DNA of 63,526 bases, counting the filler, from Asterionella formosa (taxonomy: Eukaryota): assembly GCA_002256025.1 (NCBI GenBank). It is 28 parts of 28 records of this genome, joined end to end, with 100 filler letters (N's around TTAATTAATTAA, not from the genome) between each part and the next. Parts side by side here need not be neighbours in the genome. Positions count along the whole stretch, not along the records: positions 11,414 to 13,591 come from NKIB01000277.1; positions 13,692 to 15,869 come from NKIB01000278.1; positions 15,970 to 18,146 come from NKIB01000279.1; positions 18,247 to 20,422 come from NKIB01000280.1; positions 20,523 to 22,698 come from NKIB01000281.1; 23 more parts are not named here. The stretch is one strand, 5' to 3'. Within the stretch, counting starts at the first letter, position 1; the number at the start of each line of letters is the position of its first letter. The notes beneath the pieces were generated by a model. The model was not told where the DNA came from. It did no database searches and worked only from the letters and a program-made list of their open reading frames with translations. A program made the translations under genes and the position numbers. Shown here in pieces: positions 11,622 to 22,698 of the stretch.

Positions 11622-12325
11622 CAAGTTGCGGTAATTTTGCTGAACTAACGATTTAGCTGTTTTTATCCGATATCTAATTGTTTATTTAAGCAAAATGACC
11701 GCATCTCGTTGTTGTACCTTCAACCAGCGGTCATTTTCCTGAAACGGACAACATGTCACCGGACATCGACATATTTTATAAAGTATAAAGAACATCTTCT
11801 ATTCATAGCACGATTCAGCGAAATAAATAGCGGAATTCTTCTAATTGCAAAAACGAGAACAAACCGCACATGACTATGACATTCAGGAAGCATTATGACT
11901 TTCAGGAAATTCCTCTAAACGTCAGGAAATGACTATGACTATCAGGAAATGCCTATGACTTTCAGGAAAACTTAAGGAAACGTAAGAAAATGCGTAAGGA
12001 AATTTCAGGAAATGCATGGAATTTCCTGAAGTCTCCAAAATTAGTCTTTTCTGGCCTACTAAGTGAAAAACCGCAAATCCTTTGATCTGGATTTAATGTA
12101 CCAGGTACCCTATCGATAATAGTTAGGATCATTTTTGAAATACAGGTAGTGGTGTTACTAACGTTTTTAGGCGAAAAAAATTATATACAGTAGGGTAAGG
12201 GTTTTTGCTAATGCTAGTCCTATCTACGGTGTCTACCTCGAGACCCCAAAAAATTGCACCCAGCCATGCATACAGACTACAGACTAAATATATATATATA
12301 ATTTCAGCAGAATCACCGCAACTTG
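11622..12325. mobile_element. Non-autonomous TIR element (about 700 bp) with internal TTCAGGAAA repeats; related sequence at 34681-34763 and 45523-45770
   Basis: CAAGTTGCGGTAATTTTGCTGAA (11622-11644) matches the reverse complement of 12303-12325 at 21/23 positions; tandem ATGACTTTCAGGAAA-type units at 11870-12030; no clear TSD. Confidence 0.6.
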
Positions 12326-14544
12326 CAGTATTACTCACCAGGTAAAGAGCAACAGCCATCAGCATAGGGATTAGCGGTCGTACCTGGGACACACGGAAAT
12401 GTGCTTAAAATCGTTTAACGGCAATCATTTTTGGGGGTTAAATAATATTAGCTAATTATTCAGAACTGAATATATATATATTTAGAGCGCGTCATGCAAG
12501 GGCTGGCACGCTTCCGTGGAGGGTTGTTGGCTTGTGCTACAACAAATCGCTGACAATTTGACGACAGTGATGATGACAACTTTCCCTCAATTGCTCTTGT
12601 ATACTAATCAAATACATAGAATCGAATAGTCGCTAGCCTATTGTAAACGATTTTATTTGTAGCTACTACATTTGTTTAGATATAGCAGAAACTTATTTTA
12701 AAATAAAGATTACTTTTTCGCTAAGTATAAAGGCGAGCATGTGAAGGAAGAAGGAAATTGGGTAAACACAGCAATTATTACATTAGAAGAATTCTTCAAT
12801 AAGAAGCAAAACAGCGCCATCGCCATGGCAAAAACAACATCACTGGGGTTTGGTCGCAATGATACTAGCACCACAATGGCATCATGTTCGACGCGGCAGA
12901 ACTTGACAAAGGCGCTAAAAGGAAGTGATTTTATCACAGGAAAAATGAAGAAAATCAAGGCGGTAATGGCGTCAAACTGTGATTGTGACGATGTGGCGAT
13001 GTCGTCAAAATCGGAAAAATTTGCAGCGAAGGAGCTTGCCACGGCAAGGAAAACAGTGCGCAACTACAAGGACAAGAAAGAGATCATACAACCATAAATA
13101 ATGGTGGATTTGGCGTTTGTGTTGATTATCAAGGTCGGAAGAGAAAAAACATCAAGCAAAGCTTCATTATATACTGGAACACAGGATGTTGAGGCTGTTC
13201 ATGCCAGGAAGTGCCATGCGAGCTGCCCCATCTCCAATAGAGTAGCTTTAAGGTGCTATAAAAGTGAAGTTATTATTTATAAATAGCCGAAACAGCAAAA
13301 TCGGAAACCCACAAGTGGGCTCAATGACATAGATGATATCTCGATGTCTCGTCATTGCTTTGAAACGCGTCTTATTTGTACACATGCAACGTTCTACAAT
13401 ATCCAACAAGATACATTTTAATGATGGGCAATATCAGACCTTTGGCAAGATTTGATGAGAATATAGGAAATATCCAAAATATATTTTATGTGATGGGCAA
13501 TAGCAACCTAAACTTGACATTTATGCTATACTTGTGGGCAGTAGGTAAGTGAATGGCATAATGATAGCTTGTTTGTGAATTGCCTCATCAGNNNNNNNNN
13601 NNNNNNNNNNNNNNNNNNNNNNNNNNNNNNNNNNNTTAATTAATTAANNNNNNNNNNNNNNNNNNNNNNNNNNNNNNNNNNNNNNNNNNNNGTGAAGAAC
13701 AATTCTTTGGGTTTCCTCTTCGATCTTCGAAAGCAATCTTTCCTTCTTTTCAATTTCTGCCACTATTGTATCGGCATACTTCATTATTTTTTCTTGAGTA
13801 TTATGAATCTGTTTAAATTCATCTTATCTTTGAGTGTAGTCAAATGAATCTTCGATTGATTTCATAAATTTCTTCATCTTCTTTTCCGAAAACATAAAGT
13901 CGTGTAGTGTAAACAACGGAAGTAAGTCATGTTTCTTGTTTGACTGATCCTTTGCATGAAATCCATGAAATGCCATTTGGAAAGTTGTCAAGGGGCCAGA
14001 AGACTATGATGTAAAACAGTGGAAGGGTAGCGCGGAGCTTTTTGCGGCGCTTGTGGAGTTGCAGCTGGTGTGATGTTAACTGAGTGCAGTAATTGTTGAA
14101 CACAGCACAGCAGCCAGTGTAATATGCATGTTCCGCCAGCGGAGTTTTTACACAATACACATGCCGGCATCAATACAGCTATAACAAGGAAAAACGACAG
14201 AACAATGAACGTGATGGCTGGTTGTTGAGGATACCGGTATGTGATATGCATCAATCCATATCACAAATCATATTATGGTGATGTATATATCAACACATCC
14301 GTATACTCAGATCCTATTCACTATATAATACTATCATATTAACTGTTGGCTTGCTTTCACTGTATACATTAAACGACAAACATATACATTAAGAAACATA
14401 CATTATGATTTATTTATTTATTTTCTGTGATGTATCGATAACACTTGCGTACATATTTATCGTATTTTATCATGCATGATTATATTTTGATCAAAATTAT
14501 ATCATAAACATTTTTAAGAAATCATCATAGTTCTATGATCAATG

Positions 14545-15640
14545 TATCATAGCTATGTGATAAATATTATTCAATATTACGTATCATACTTTGGTGATAT
14601 ATGCATCGATGTAAACCTATCGTGATATCACATTATCATCTTATCAATCATGATGAGATGATTGGGAACTGTATTATTCTGCATTGTACTACGGAGTATG
14701 ATATTATAACACGCACTTTAGTAGCTAAGTCACTCCTGTAATGCAAACAAGTAGACAGTGCACATACAAACACGCTTATCAGGTTTGAGGCAACGGACAG
14801 TGGTTCCAACGAGCGAATGACAATACCACGGGTACCAATTTTTCCAGCGGCAAACCGCAATGATGAAGGACACTTGTCCCTCTATTGATGAGGATGACAC
14901 GGACACCGACTTTTCCAGGAGCAAAAAACAATGAAGAGTGCCACTTGTCGCTCTATTGATGGTAACAAAGATGCGGAAAAGTTCAACAGTGAATACAAGA
15001 ACAACATACCAATGAAAACAAGTCGGCAGTGTGTGTACGCACACGCCAAGCCGGTTTGAGGCAACGGACAGTTCCAACAAGCAAATGACGATACGGATAT
15101 CAAATTCTTCCTGTGGCAAACCACAATGATAATGATGAAGGACATTCGTCCCTCTCTTGTTGATGATATGGATACCGGGCGGGTTTTCCATGACCAAACA
15201 AAAATGAAGAAAGCCACTTGTCGCTCTATTGATGGTAACAAAGATTCGGACAAGTTCAACAGTGAATACAAGTACAGCATCCCAGATGCAGCGATATGAA
15301 AAAGAATTTGTAATCAGAATCATTCTATAACTATAACTATGTGGACAGCAGTCTGTTACATTTTCGTATCTCCTTCTATGCTGAATCTCAATTGTAGATG
15401 TAGTATCATGTGACAATTGAAAATATCAACTCGAGAACAAGTAGAATGTGTTTGTTTACAAGTTGATTGGCGAGATTGTAATGCTGGCGGTCGACGAAAC
15501 GGATTTACTATGTGCGCTGTGTGCAGAACCATTCCGAGCTCGAATGATTTCTTATCTGTAAACTCTTAATTGAATGATTATGAACAAAGGTTCACTGCAC
15601 ATGACGATTACTCAAAGATATGATGATCACTTGACCAACC
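14545..15640 (+). repeat. Unclassified repeat A with an internal ~270-bp tandem duplication (copies at 20523-21365 inverted and 50044-50379)
   Basis: TTTGAGGCAACGGACAG and CCACTTGTCGCTCTATTGATGGTAACAAAGAT each occur twice about 270 bp apart; long alignable blocks in three contigs; ORFs not conserved between copies. Confidence 0.88.
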
Positions 15641-16542
15641 ATCAGTTCCCAGTCTGGAAACTGATGGTGAACCAGAAGAAATCACAAGATTGCTAATGAA
15701 GTGGCCGACAAACCAGTAGCCTAGACTATGATAATGAGATATAAACTGTGAATTGAGAGTTAGGCATCATGCGCAAGAGAATCGATAAGTTAATTGGATA
15801 TCAATTCAAGGCTGCAAGTCAGGCAAGCTTGCTTCACAGCTTCATCCATTTCCGACCAACGCACTCAAGNNNNNNNNNNNNNNNNNNNNNNNNNNNNNNN
15901 NNNNNNNNNNNNNTTAATTAATTAANNNNNNNNNNNNNNNNNNNNNNNNNNNNNNNNNNNNNNNNNNNNAATAAAATATTATATCATGTGGGTATTATAA
16001 AACAAATTATTTTGGTGATTTGATACATAATATTGTTGTTGCTCTCTGATAGCAGAGATATTTTAGACTACACTTATCTGACATTAAATAAATATTTAAT
16101 ATGTACTGCTGTTGCCATGGGAACACACCTTTGATTCATTGGGCTATATTCCAGTCCACAGTCCACAGTCCTCGTGACTCGATTTCCATTGATGCTATAT
16201 TCTTGATATACAGGTGGTATACTGTATTAGGTATACATGTGTTGAGGATGCATGATGGTAAAATGATCATGGATGTACAACCATAAAAATAATTTCAATG
16301 AAGCAAAAAGTCAACCAAGAAGATTGTAAGAACTGGGGTGTAAACCACAGGTCCAAGTAGATGCCAATATAATTTGCATTTTTTGTTTCTTCTGTTATCG
16401 CTATTGAAGTGTAGACACAACGAAGCGTTGTCTCATGCAAAATAAGCTTTCATGGCATTATTAGCCTACCGTATCTCTACGATCTACTAAAGGAGCAGTC
16501 AAGAGTGATAATTTAATAATTGAATCGAGCTTCTGCATTGCT

Positions 16543-18114
16543 TTAGGTAGTATTGTCTTGTTCGATCCCCATTGCGCGGAGCTCGGCTTCAATAATGTCA
16601 GCGACAGCTTTCGCTGATGGCCTTTCCTTGGGCGTTTGCTTCCAGCACATGCGTGTCAACTTGATCAGAATTTTGTATGCTGGTTCTGTCGATGTCTCGA
16701 ACTTGGAAAGTATGTGAGGCCGCTCGCCGTCCATAATCTTTTTCTGCGAAAGCTTCATATCCTCCTTTTCAAATGGCCACTCCTCTGTAATCAGGCAAAA
16801 AAAAATGTTACCCATTGAATAAATATCAATCTTTTCCGTCTCAGGGGCATATCGATACTCTTCAGGACTTCTGAATGTCCCGGGATTATTTCCAACTTTG
16901 AAACCACAAGGTTTATTTGTATTTTTGTCAATTGGAATGAACCTGCAACGATTAAAGTCATTCAGCTTGTATCGCCCGTTGATAAAGATAAATTGACTTG
17001 TTGAAATATCAGTATGAACTATTGATGGGTGATCTTCATCGGGGTAACTGTGCATGTCAGCGATTGCAGTTGCAACTTGATACGCTACAATTAATCGTTC
17101 AGTTGAATTCCAATGGTCCTTAGAATACCACAGCATTGTTTCAATGTCGCCTCCACTTCCATACTCGAATATTCCACTGTTTCCACAGTATCCATAAACG
17201 TCGACAATATTCTTGGAGGAAGTCAATCGCTCAGAGGCAAGAGCGTCGCGACGATGACGATCGTAGTTACGATCTACCCAATCGTGTCTGATTCTCATTG
17301 TTTTCAATGCATAGAGTTTGTTGAATACATCTTTGACGGCCCATACGTCTCGCCAATATCCATTTCCAACTAAGTTGACTCGCACGAAGTTTTTTGGAAA
17401 AGGGCGGAGATCATTGAAGTCTAATTCGTGAAGACTGTTGCATGTAGGGTATGAAATAGTTTGCCAATCAAATTGAGCAACACAATCACCTTCTTCCAGT
17501 TCATCTCGCAAGTTGTCTTTGTAGTCTTTGGAATCTAGGAGGTGTACCTGTGCCGATACCTCGTCGAAGGTCAGGTCCATCTCCGCATGCGTCAAACGTC
17601 GTTTCAAGTTCGAATCTAGTCGTTGCACGCCTATCCAGCTATCTGACTTGGAATCTCGAAAGTAGAAACCAATTGTTCGAGGCCTGGCTTGATATCCTGC
17701 GTCGTCCATTAGAGAAGTTCCATTGGCACTTTTGAGTATCCTTTGAGGGCTTATAAATGGATGTGCCGGCATGTCCGAAAAAGGAATAGTACCTGTCGGT
17801 ATCGCATCATAGCTTCCTTGGAAGGCCGTGAAGCAGGCAACAATAATAAAGCTGAGGAGCGCTGCTCGAGTCGCAAAACCAAACTTCAAGCTTTTTGTTA
17901 CTTGAAAACGAGACAATACGGAATTGATTAATAATTCGGGTATTCGTCGTTGCGTCCGTTTCCTTGTCTTCCCATCATCGAATTCATTGTCAATGACTCG
18001 CAGTCGATGAGACTCATCGAACGAGATTTCACGAGCGGAATTTGAAGTTCCAGTACATCGTCGTTCCATTTCTACTTTGTATTGCAATTTGCAAGATAAA
18101 TTAAATGATGGCAT
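16543..18114 (-). CDS. Protein kinase with an N-terminal transmembrane anchor, PKDCC/VLK-like
   Basis: 523-aa intact ORF; hydrophobic AALLSFIIVACFTAF; VGNGYWRDVW Gly-loop, YALK, IVHTDISTSQF catalytic loop, KLNDFN, FRSPEE, KIDIYSMG, RPSA. Confidence 0.9.
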   Translation of the reverse strand: MPSFNLSCKLQYKVEMERRCTGTSNSAREISFDESHRLRVIDNEFDDGKTRKRTQRRIPELLINSVLSRFQVTKSLKFGFATRAALLSFIIVACFTAFQGSYDAIPTGTIPFSDMPAHPFISPQRILKSANGTSLMDDAGYQARPRTIGFYFRDSKSDSWIGVQRLDSNLKRRLTHAEMDLTFDEVSAQVHLLDSKDYKDNLRDELEEGDCVAQFDWQTISYPTCNSLHELDFNDLRPFPKNFVRVNLVGNGYWRDVWAVKDVFNKLYALKTMRIRHDWVDRNYDRHRRDALASERLTSSKNIVDVYGYCGNSGIFEYGSGGDIETMLWYSKDHWNSTERLIVAYQVATAIADMHSYPDEDHPSIVHTDISTSQFIFINGRYKLNDFNRCRFIPIDKNTNKPCGFKVGNNPGTFRSPEEYRYAPETEKIDIYSMGNIFFCLITEEWPFEKEDMKLSQKKIMDGERPHILSKFETSTEPAYKILIKLTRMCWKQTPKERPSAKAVADIIEAELRAMGIEQDNTT

Positions 18115-18276
18115 TTGTTACAATGACGCCCTGTCCTGTCGCTACGNNNNNNNNNNNNNNNNNNNNNNNNNNNNNNNNNNNNNNNNNNNNTTAATTAATT
18201 AANNNNNNNNNNNNNNNNNNNNNNNNNNNNNNNNNNNNNNNNNNNNCTTACCGTAACTAAAAACCTTATTGCCTTC

Positions 18277-19284
18277 ATGGAAATGACGGCCAAAGTGGCC
18301 CTTATGAGTGCAATGGCAGCTTCAACTAACATGATGGAACGAACCATACTTTGCAGTGATGGAATCTCGTTGGCAGCACAGCACTACATCAGCGATTCCA
18401 TCAATAGTAGGAGTAGCAATCTCACTCCAACGAAGATTCTGTGCTTGCATGGATGGTTGGACAATTGCCGCTCCTTTTGGAAATTGGCACCCGCTTTGGC
18501 ACAATCTGGTGGAGAAGTGGTTGCCTTGGATTTTCCAGGTCACGGACTTTCGTCGCACAAGAGCAAGGACGGGACACCACTCTTGTTGAGTGAAGGAGCC
18601 TACTATGTAGCTGAAGCCGTTCAAGCCTTGGAATGGGATTCCTTTGTGCTGGTAGGACATTCCATGGGAGCTGCTGTATCCGTCGTGTACGCGGCCGCCT
18701 TTCCAGATCAAGTGTCTAAACTAGTACTGTTGGAAGGGGGAGGGCCGTTGACTCGGCAACCCAAGGATACAGCTAAACACATTCGATCACATATTGAGAA
18801 ACGATTGACTGGGAATCGAGCACTTTATGATCCATCTTCGACGAAAGGGCCACGTTTGTACCCATCTTTAGAAAAAGCTATTGAAACGCGAAGGAAGACG
18901 GCTCAATTGGCGCCGGGCAAGCAGTATTTGTCAGAAGCTGCTGCCAGAGAAATGGTCATTCGAGCTGTGACGATAGCAGACAACCATGGCGCTAATGGCA
19001 CCGGCGGAGTTCAATTTAGACATGACCCTCGTCTTCAATGGCCTTCCTTGCAATATTATACTGACGAACAAAATGATGCTATTTTTCAAGACATTCAATG
19101 TCCAGTGTGTTTGTTATTGTCCAAGGACGGATGGCCAATACAAGAAGATAAGTTGATTAAAACCAAGGAGTTATTGCAGCCACAAAGCATGCATATCTTG
19201 CCTGGTTCACATCATTTCCACGCAGATCCAGATGATGCTGATGCTGTGCTTGAGCATGTGTTGGAATTTGTAGATGAGAGATAA
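18277..19284 (+). CDS. Alpha/beta-fold serine hydrolase (Abhydrolase_1, SERHL-like)
   Basis: LCLHGWLDN, ALDFPGHGLS, nucleophile elbow GHSMG, LVLLEG, C-terminal PGSHHFH; intact 335 aa. Confidence 0.93.
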   Translation: MEMTAKVALMSAMAASTNMMERTILCSDGISLAAQHYISDSINSRSSNLTPTKILCLHGWLDNCRSFWKLAPALAQSGGEVVALDFPGHGLSSHKSKDGTPLLLSEGAYYVAEAVQALEWDSFVLVGHSMGAAVSVVYAAAFPDQVSKLVLLEGGGPLTRQPKDTAKHIRSHIEKRLTGNRALYDPSSTKGPRLYPSLEKAIETRRKTAQLAPGKQYLSEAAAREMVIRAVTIADNHGANGTGGVQFRHDPRLQWPSLQYYTDEQNDAIFQDIQCPVCLLLSKDGWPIQEDKLIKTKELLQPQSMHILPGSHHFHADPDDADAVLEHVLEFVDER

Positions 19285-19446
19285 GAATCATCCATGATTA
19301 CATACACACAAGCGTAGATAACAGACTACCGGTAGGTGCTTTTACCGTTCTAGTTTGTTGCTTCGTTTGTGCACACACGTTGGCTATATGGGTTTTACTT
19401 CTACCATCGTCATTCATTGCGTCACGTGCCGACCTGACAGTCACAG

Positions 19447-20161
19447 TCACTTGGATCGATCTGTTTTGTCAACGATCCTGGTTTCTTTTGGGATCCATAG
19501 GGGTGGAGGCGGTGGCGGGAACGTACCAGCATCAATGGCTGCCTTAGTTCCTGGTAATCCCAATAAAATCGTATTTTCTGATGCGCGACTATGAAGGAAC
19601 TCAATCCCCTCTGGAGCTCCAGCTTCCACTGCCAAGTCACGAACTATGACAAAGGCTTCGTCCAAACCACCTAAAGAAGATGTGGTTAAAATATTTGTAG
19701 AGAATAATGTAAACGAATTTATGCAAAGATGATGAGTGATGGCGGTGTAAGAGACACGGAGAAGAAGAACCATTTCCAACAAAACAAACACATCATAGCA
19801 AACTTGTTTGCATACCATATTTGCGCGTATTGATTTTGACTTTCACCACTTGATGTTGTTGTAATAATTGTCGAAGTGAATTACCATGAGTCACTGTAGC
19901 TCCCTTACTTCCTATTCGAAGTAGTACTTTAGTAGCCCATCGCCATGCCTTTTCGGTAGGTTCCAAAACTACTGGTACCACTTCTTCTTGACGAGCATCG
20001 TCGTCGTCCTCCACCGCCCGCACAACATCCCAACCTCGACTTGATGTGGTGCGAGGAACACATGTGAAAGCTTTTGTTGTTGTCAGTGCTCCATGACACA
20101 GTAAAAGCGCAAGTTGCATTCGCACGATTGATAAACTCATCGCCCACAAGAGGCACTTCAT
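19447..20161 (-). CDS. Plastid-targeted CRM (CRS1/YhbY) RNA-binding domain protein, 2 exons (20161-19816, 19670-19447)
   Basis: LLRIGSKGAT...LRQLLQQHQVVKVKIN is the YhbY core; a GT-AG intron at 19815-19671 (145 bp) joins the frames to give KYGGLDEAF; hydrophobic signal ending TKA-F plus a S/T/R-rich transit region. Confidence 0.8.
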
Positions 20162-20522
20162 GATGTAGTTGACAGAAGCAAAGAAACAATGAAAATGATG
20201 CTAATGCTCTTGATGTTTTCAAAAATAGAATTAAATACTCCTAGATTACAAAGCAGTCATCCATCCTCATATTTGATGGGTGGCTGGATGGAAAAGGTGG
20301 GCTGTGTTTTACATGTGTACCGGTAAATGTAATGCCGGTATACTGTATATAAGGCAGAATGCTGGAGTAAAATGAACAGGTAGACAGAGGACTACCGGTA
20401 CCAGTACCAGGTACCAGGTACCNNNNNNNNNNNNNNNNNNNNNNNNNNNNNNNNNNNNNNNNNNNNTTAATTAATTAANNNNNNNNNNNNNNNNNNNNNN
20501 NNNNNNNNNNNNNNNNNNNNNN

Positions 20523-21365
20523 GTTGAAATTTTCAATTCTCACATGATACTACATCTACTATTTCGATTCAGCATAGAAGGAGATACGAAAATGTGCGTA
20601 ACAGACTACTGTCCACATAGCTATAGTTATAGAATGATTCTGATTAGAACGCATTTCATTTTCATATCGCTCGCTTGTTTCTGCATTTGGTATACTGTAC
20701 TTGAATTAACTATTGAACTTGTCCGCATCTTTGATACCAACAAGCAAGAGAGCGAAAGCAAGTGGCTCTTTTCATTGTTGTTTGCTCGTAGGAAGAATTT
20801 GATATCTGTATCGTCATTTGCTTGTTGGAATTGTCCGTTGCCTCAAACTTGCTTGGCGTGTGCATGCACACACTGTCGACTTGTTTTCAATGTTATGTTG
20901 TTCTTGTATTCACTGTTGAACTTGTCCGCATCTTTGTTACCATCAATAGAGCGACGCAGACGAAGTGGGTCTCTTCATTGTTGTGTCCTCCTGGAAAAGT
21001 CGGTTTCCGTGTCTGTGTCATCCTCATCAATAGAGAGACAAGTTCTTTCGTTGGAAAAATTGGTACCTGTGGTATCATCATTCGCTCGTTCGAACCACTG
21101 TCCGTTGCCTCAAACCTGATTAGCGTTTGAGTACCGGTACCCGGTATGTGCACTGTCGACTTTAGTACATTACAGGCAGAGTGACTTAGCTACTAAATTG
21201 CGTGATATAATAATATACCCTGTAGCACGATGCAGAATACAGTTGCTTCCCAATCATCTCATCATGATTGATAAGATGATACTGTGATATCATGATAAGG
21301 TTACATCGATACATACATCACCAAAGTATGATACGTAATATTGAATAAAGTACATCACATAGCAT
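20523..21365 (-). repeat. Repeat A copy (inverted relative to 14545-15430)
   Basis: Reverse-complement match, e.g. ATCATCTCATCATGATTGATAAGATGAT and TAGTTATAGAATGATTCTGATTA. Confidence 0.88.
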
Positions 21366-21367
21366 GC

Positions 21368-22235
21368 TTAACATACTCTTACAATATGTTCCACTCTTGC
21401 TTTTAATGTAGGGTGATAAAAATTTGTAGCAATTGTAGCATTTAATCTTGTCATACCCACATGAGCTAACATCTGATGATACAAATTAAATATAGGATCC
21501 AATAATGATGTAGGAATAGCAATATGCCAAGTATCTCCTGGATTCTTCACAAAACATATAAAAAATATATCATGAAAATTGAAAGAAGGAAATTTTTTTA
21601 TTGATGTGTTTGTTGATTGAGAATCAATTGTATATCCAGCAATTGTCTATCATGTATTAAATTATAATCCAGAGGATATTGAATATTGTCTGTCAAGATG
21701 GGATGATTAAGGAAACATGTAAGCAAAGGTTCATCATCTAATTCAATTGAAAAAGTAGAAGTGGAAGTTGATGTTGGAGATTTCGGTCCAATATCAATAT
21801 CATCCTCCACCGAAGACTCAAGCCTCGGGAGGCGAGAGATGGAATCTGCAATAGCATTGTCAGTCCCTTTCACATAGTGAAAAGTAGGATGGTATTCTTC
21901 AATGTAAAGTCTCCATCGTAGAAAACGTTGAGTATGTAATGTATTATAAATAAGATTTCGATGATCAGTGTGAACATGTAGAACTGCGCCCAATAACATA
22001 GAGCGAAATTCTTTGAAAGTTTCTACCACAGAAAGTAATTCTTTTTCAATAGTAGTATAATTCTTTTGAGCAGCAGATAATTTGCGAGAATAATAAGCAA
22101 CTGGGAGATCATTTTGCATAATGACCGACCCAAATTGATAATCAGAGGCATCAGTAAAGATATGAAAAGGAAGATTATGGTCAGGATAACGCATGAGTGT
22201 ATTTGCAACTAACAATGCTTTCATTTCTTCAAAAA
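21368..22235 (-). mobile_element. Ty3/gypsy pol fragment (RNase H and integrase zinc-binding region), with stop codons
   Basis: FTDASDYQFGSVIMQ, VAYYSRKL, YTTIEKELLSVVE, HTDHRNL, RWRLYIEEY, NAIADSISRL, then HVGMTRL..FYHP..C. Confidence 0.92.
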
Positions 22236-22239
22236 CTTC

Positions 22240-22698
22240 GTCTGCAAATAAAAACCATCATATTTCCATGATGAATCATAGGATTATGATCATCTGATCA
22301 TAATTTTTCGTTATATCATCTAATAATTGTGATAAATGCCCTCGTAATTTAAATAGTAACCCTTTTGACTATGGAAATTCAATTATTATCTGTATTTTTT
22401 CTTTTAGGTTCCTTTATTTAAATTTCTTGGTAGGATAATGTACCAGTTAGAGTAATGTGGTTTGTCTCCTCACTCTGATTCTTGCAACAACGACAAAGCA
22501 GCCATGTCGAGGAGAGGAACGAGATTTTGTGATAAAATCTTCATTTGTCGTTCAAGTCGTCATATGTCTTCGATGAATCATCATCTACATTGCACAGTAT
22601 GTTCGTACTATGCAATCCGTTAAGAGCTTGAAAAGCAATCCAATGAAAAGGAAATGGCTCATCACACAAGACGAATATTTCCGGCCGGTCTGTCACTG
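22240..22698 (+). repeat. Unclassified repeat B (copies at about 48925-49235, 49493-49943 and inverted 50470-50702)
   Basis: Shared AGGTTCCTTTATTTAAATTTCTTGGTAGGA, TCACTCTGATTCTTGCAACAA and AAATGGCTCATCACACAAGACGAA blocks. Confidence 0.88.

Noticed and set aside
12741..13286. 118-aa and 61-aa ORFs
   Set aside because: Could be a TE or gene remnant, but no family is recognisable.
14730..15416. 228-aa ORF and related ORFs (20544-21119, 49988-50269) as a gene family
   Set aside because: Reading frames differ between repeat A copies and no domain is recognisable.
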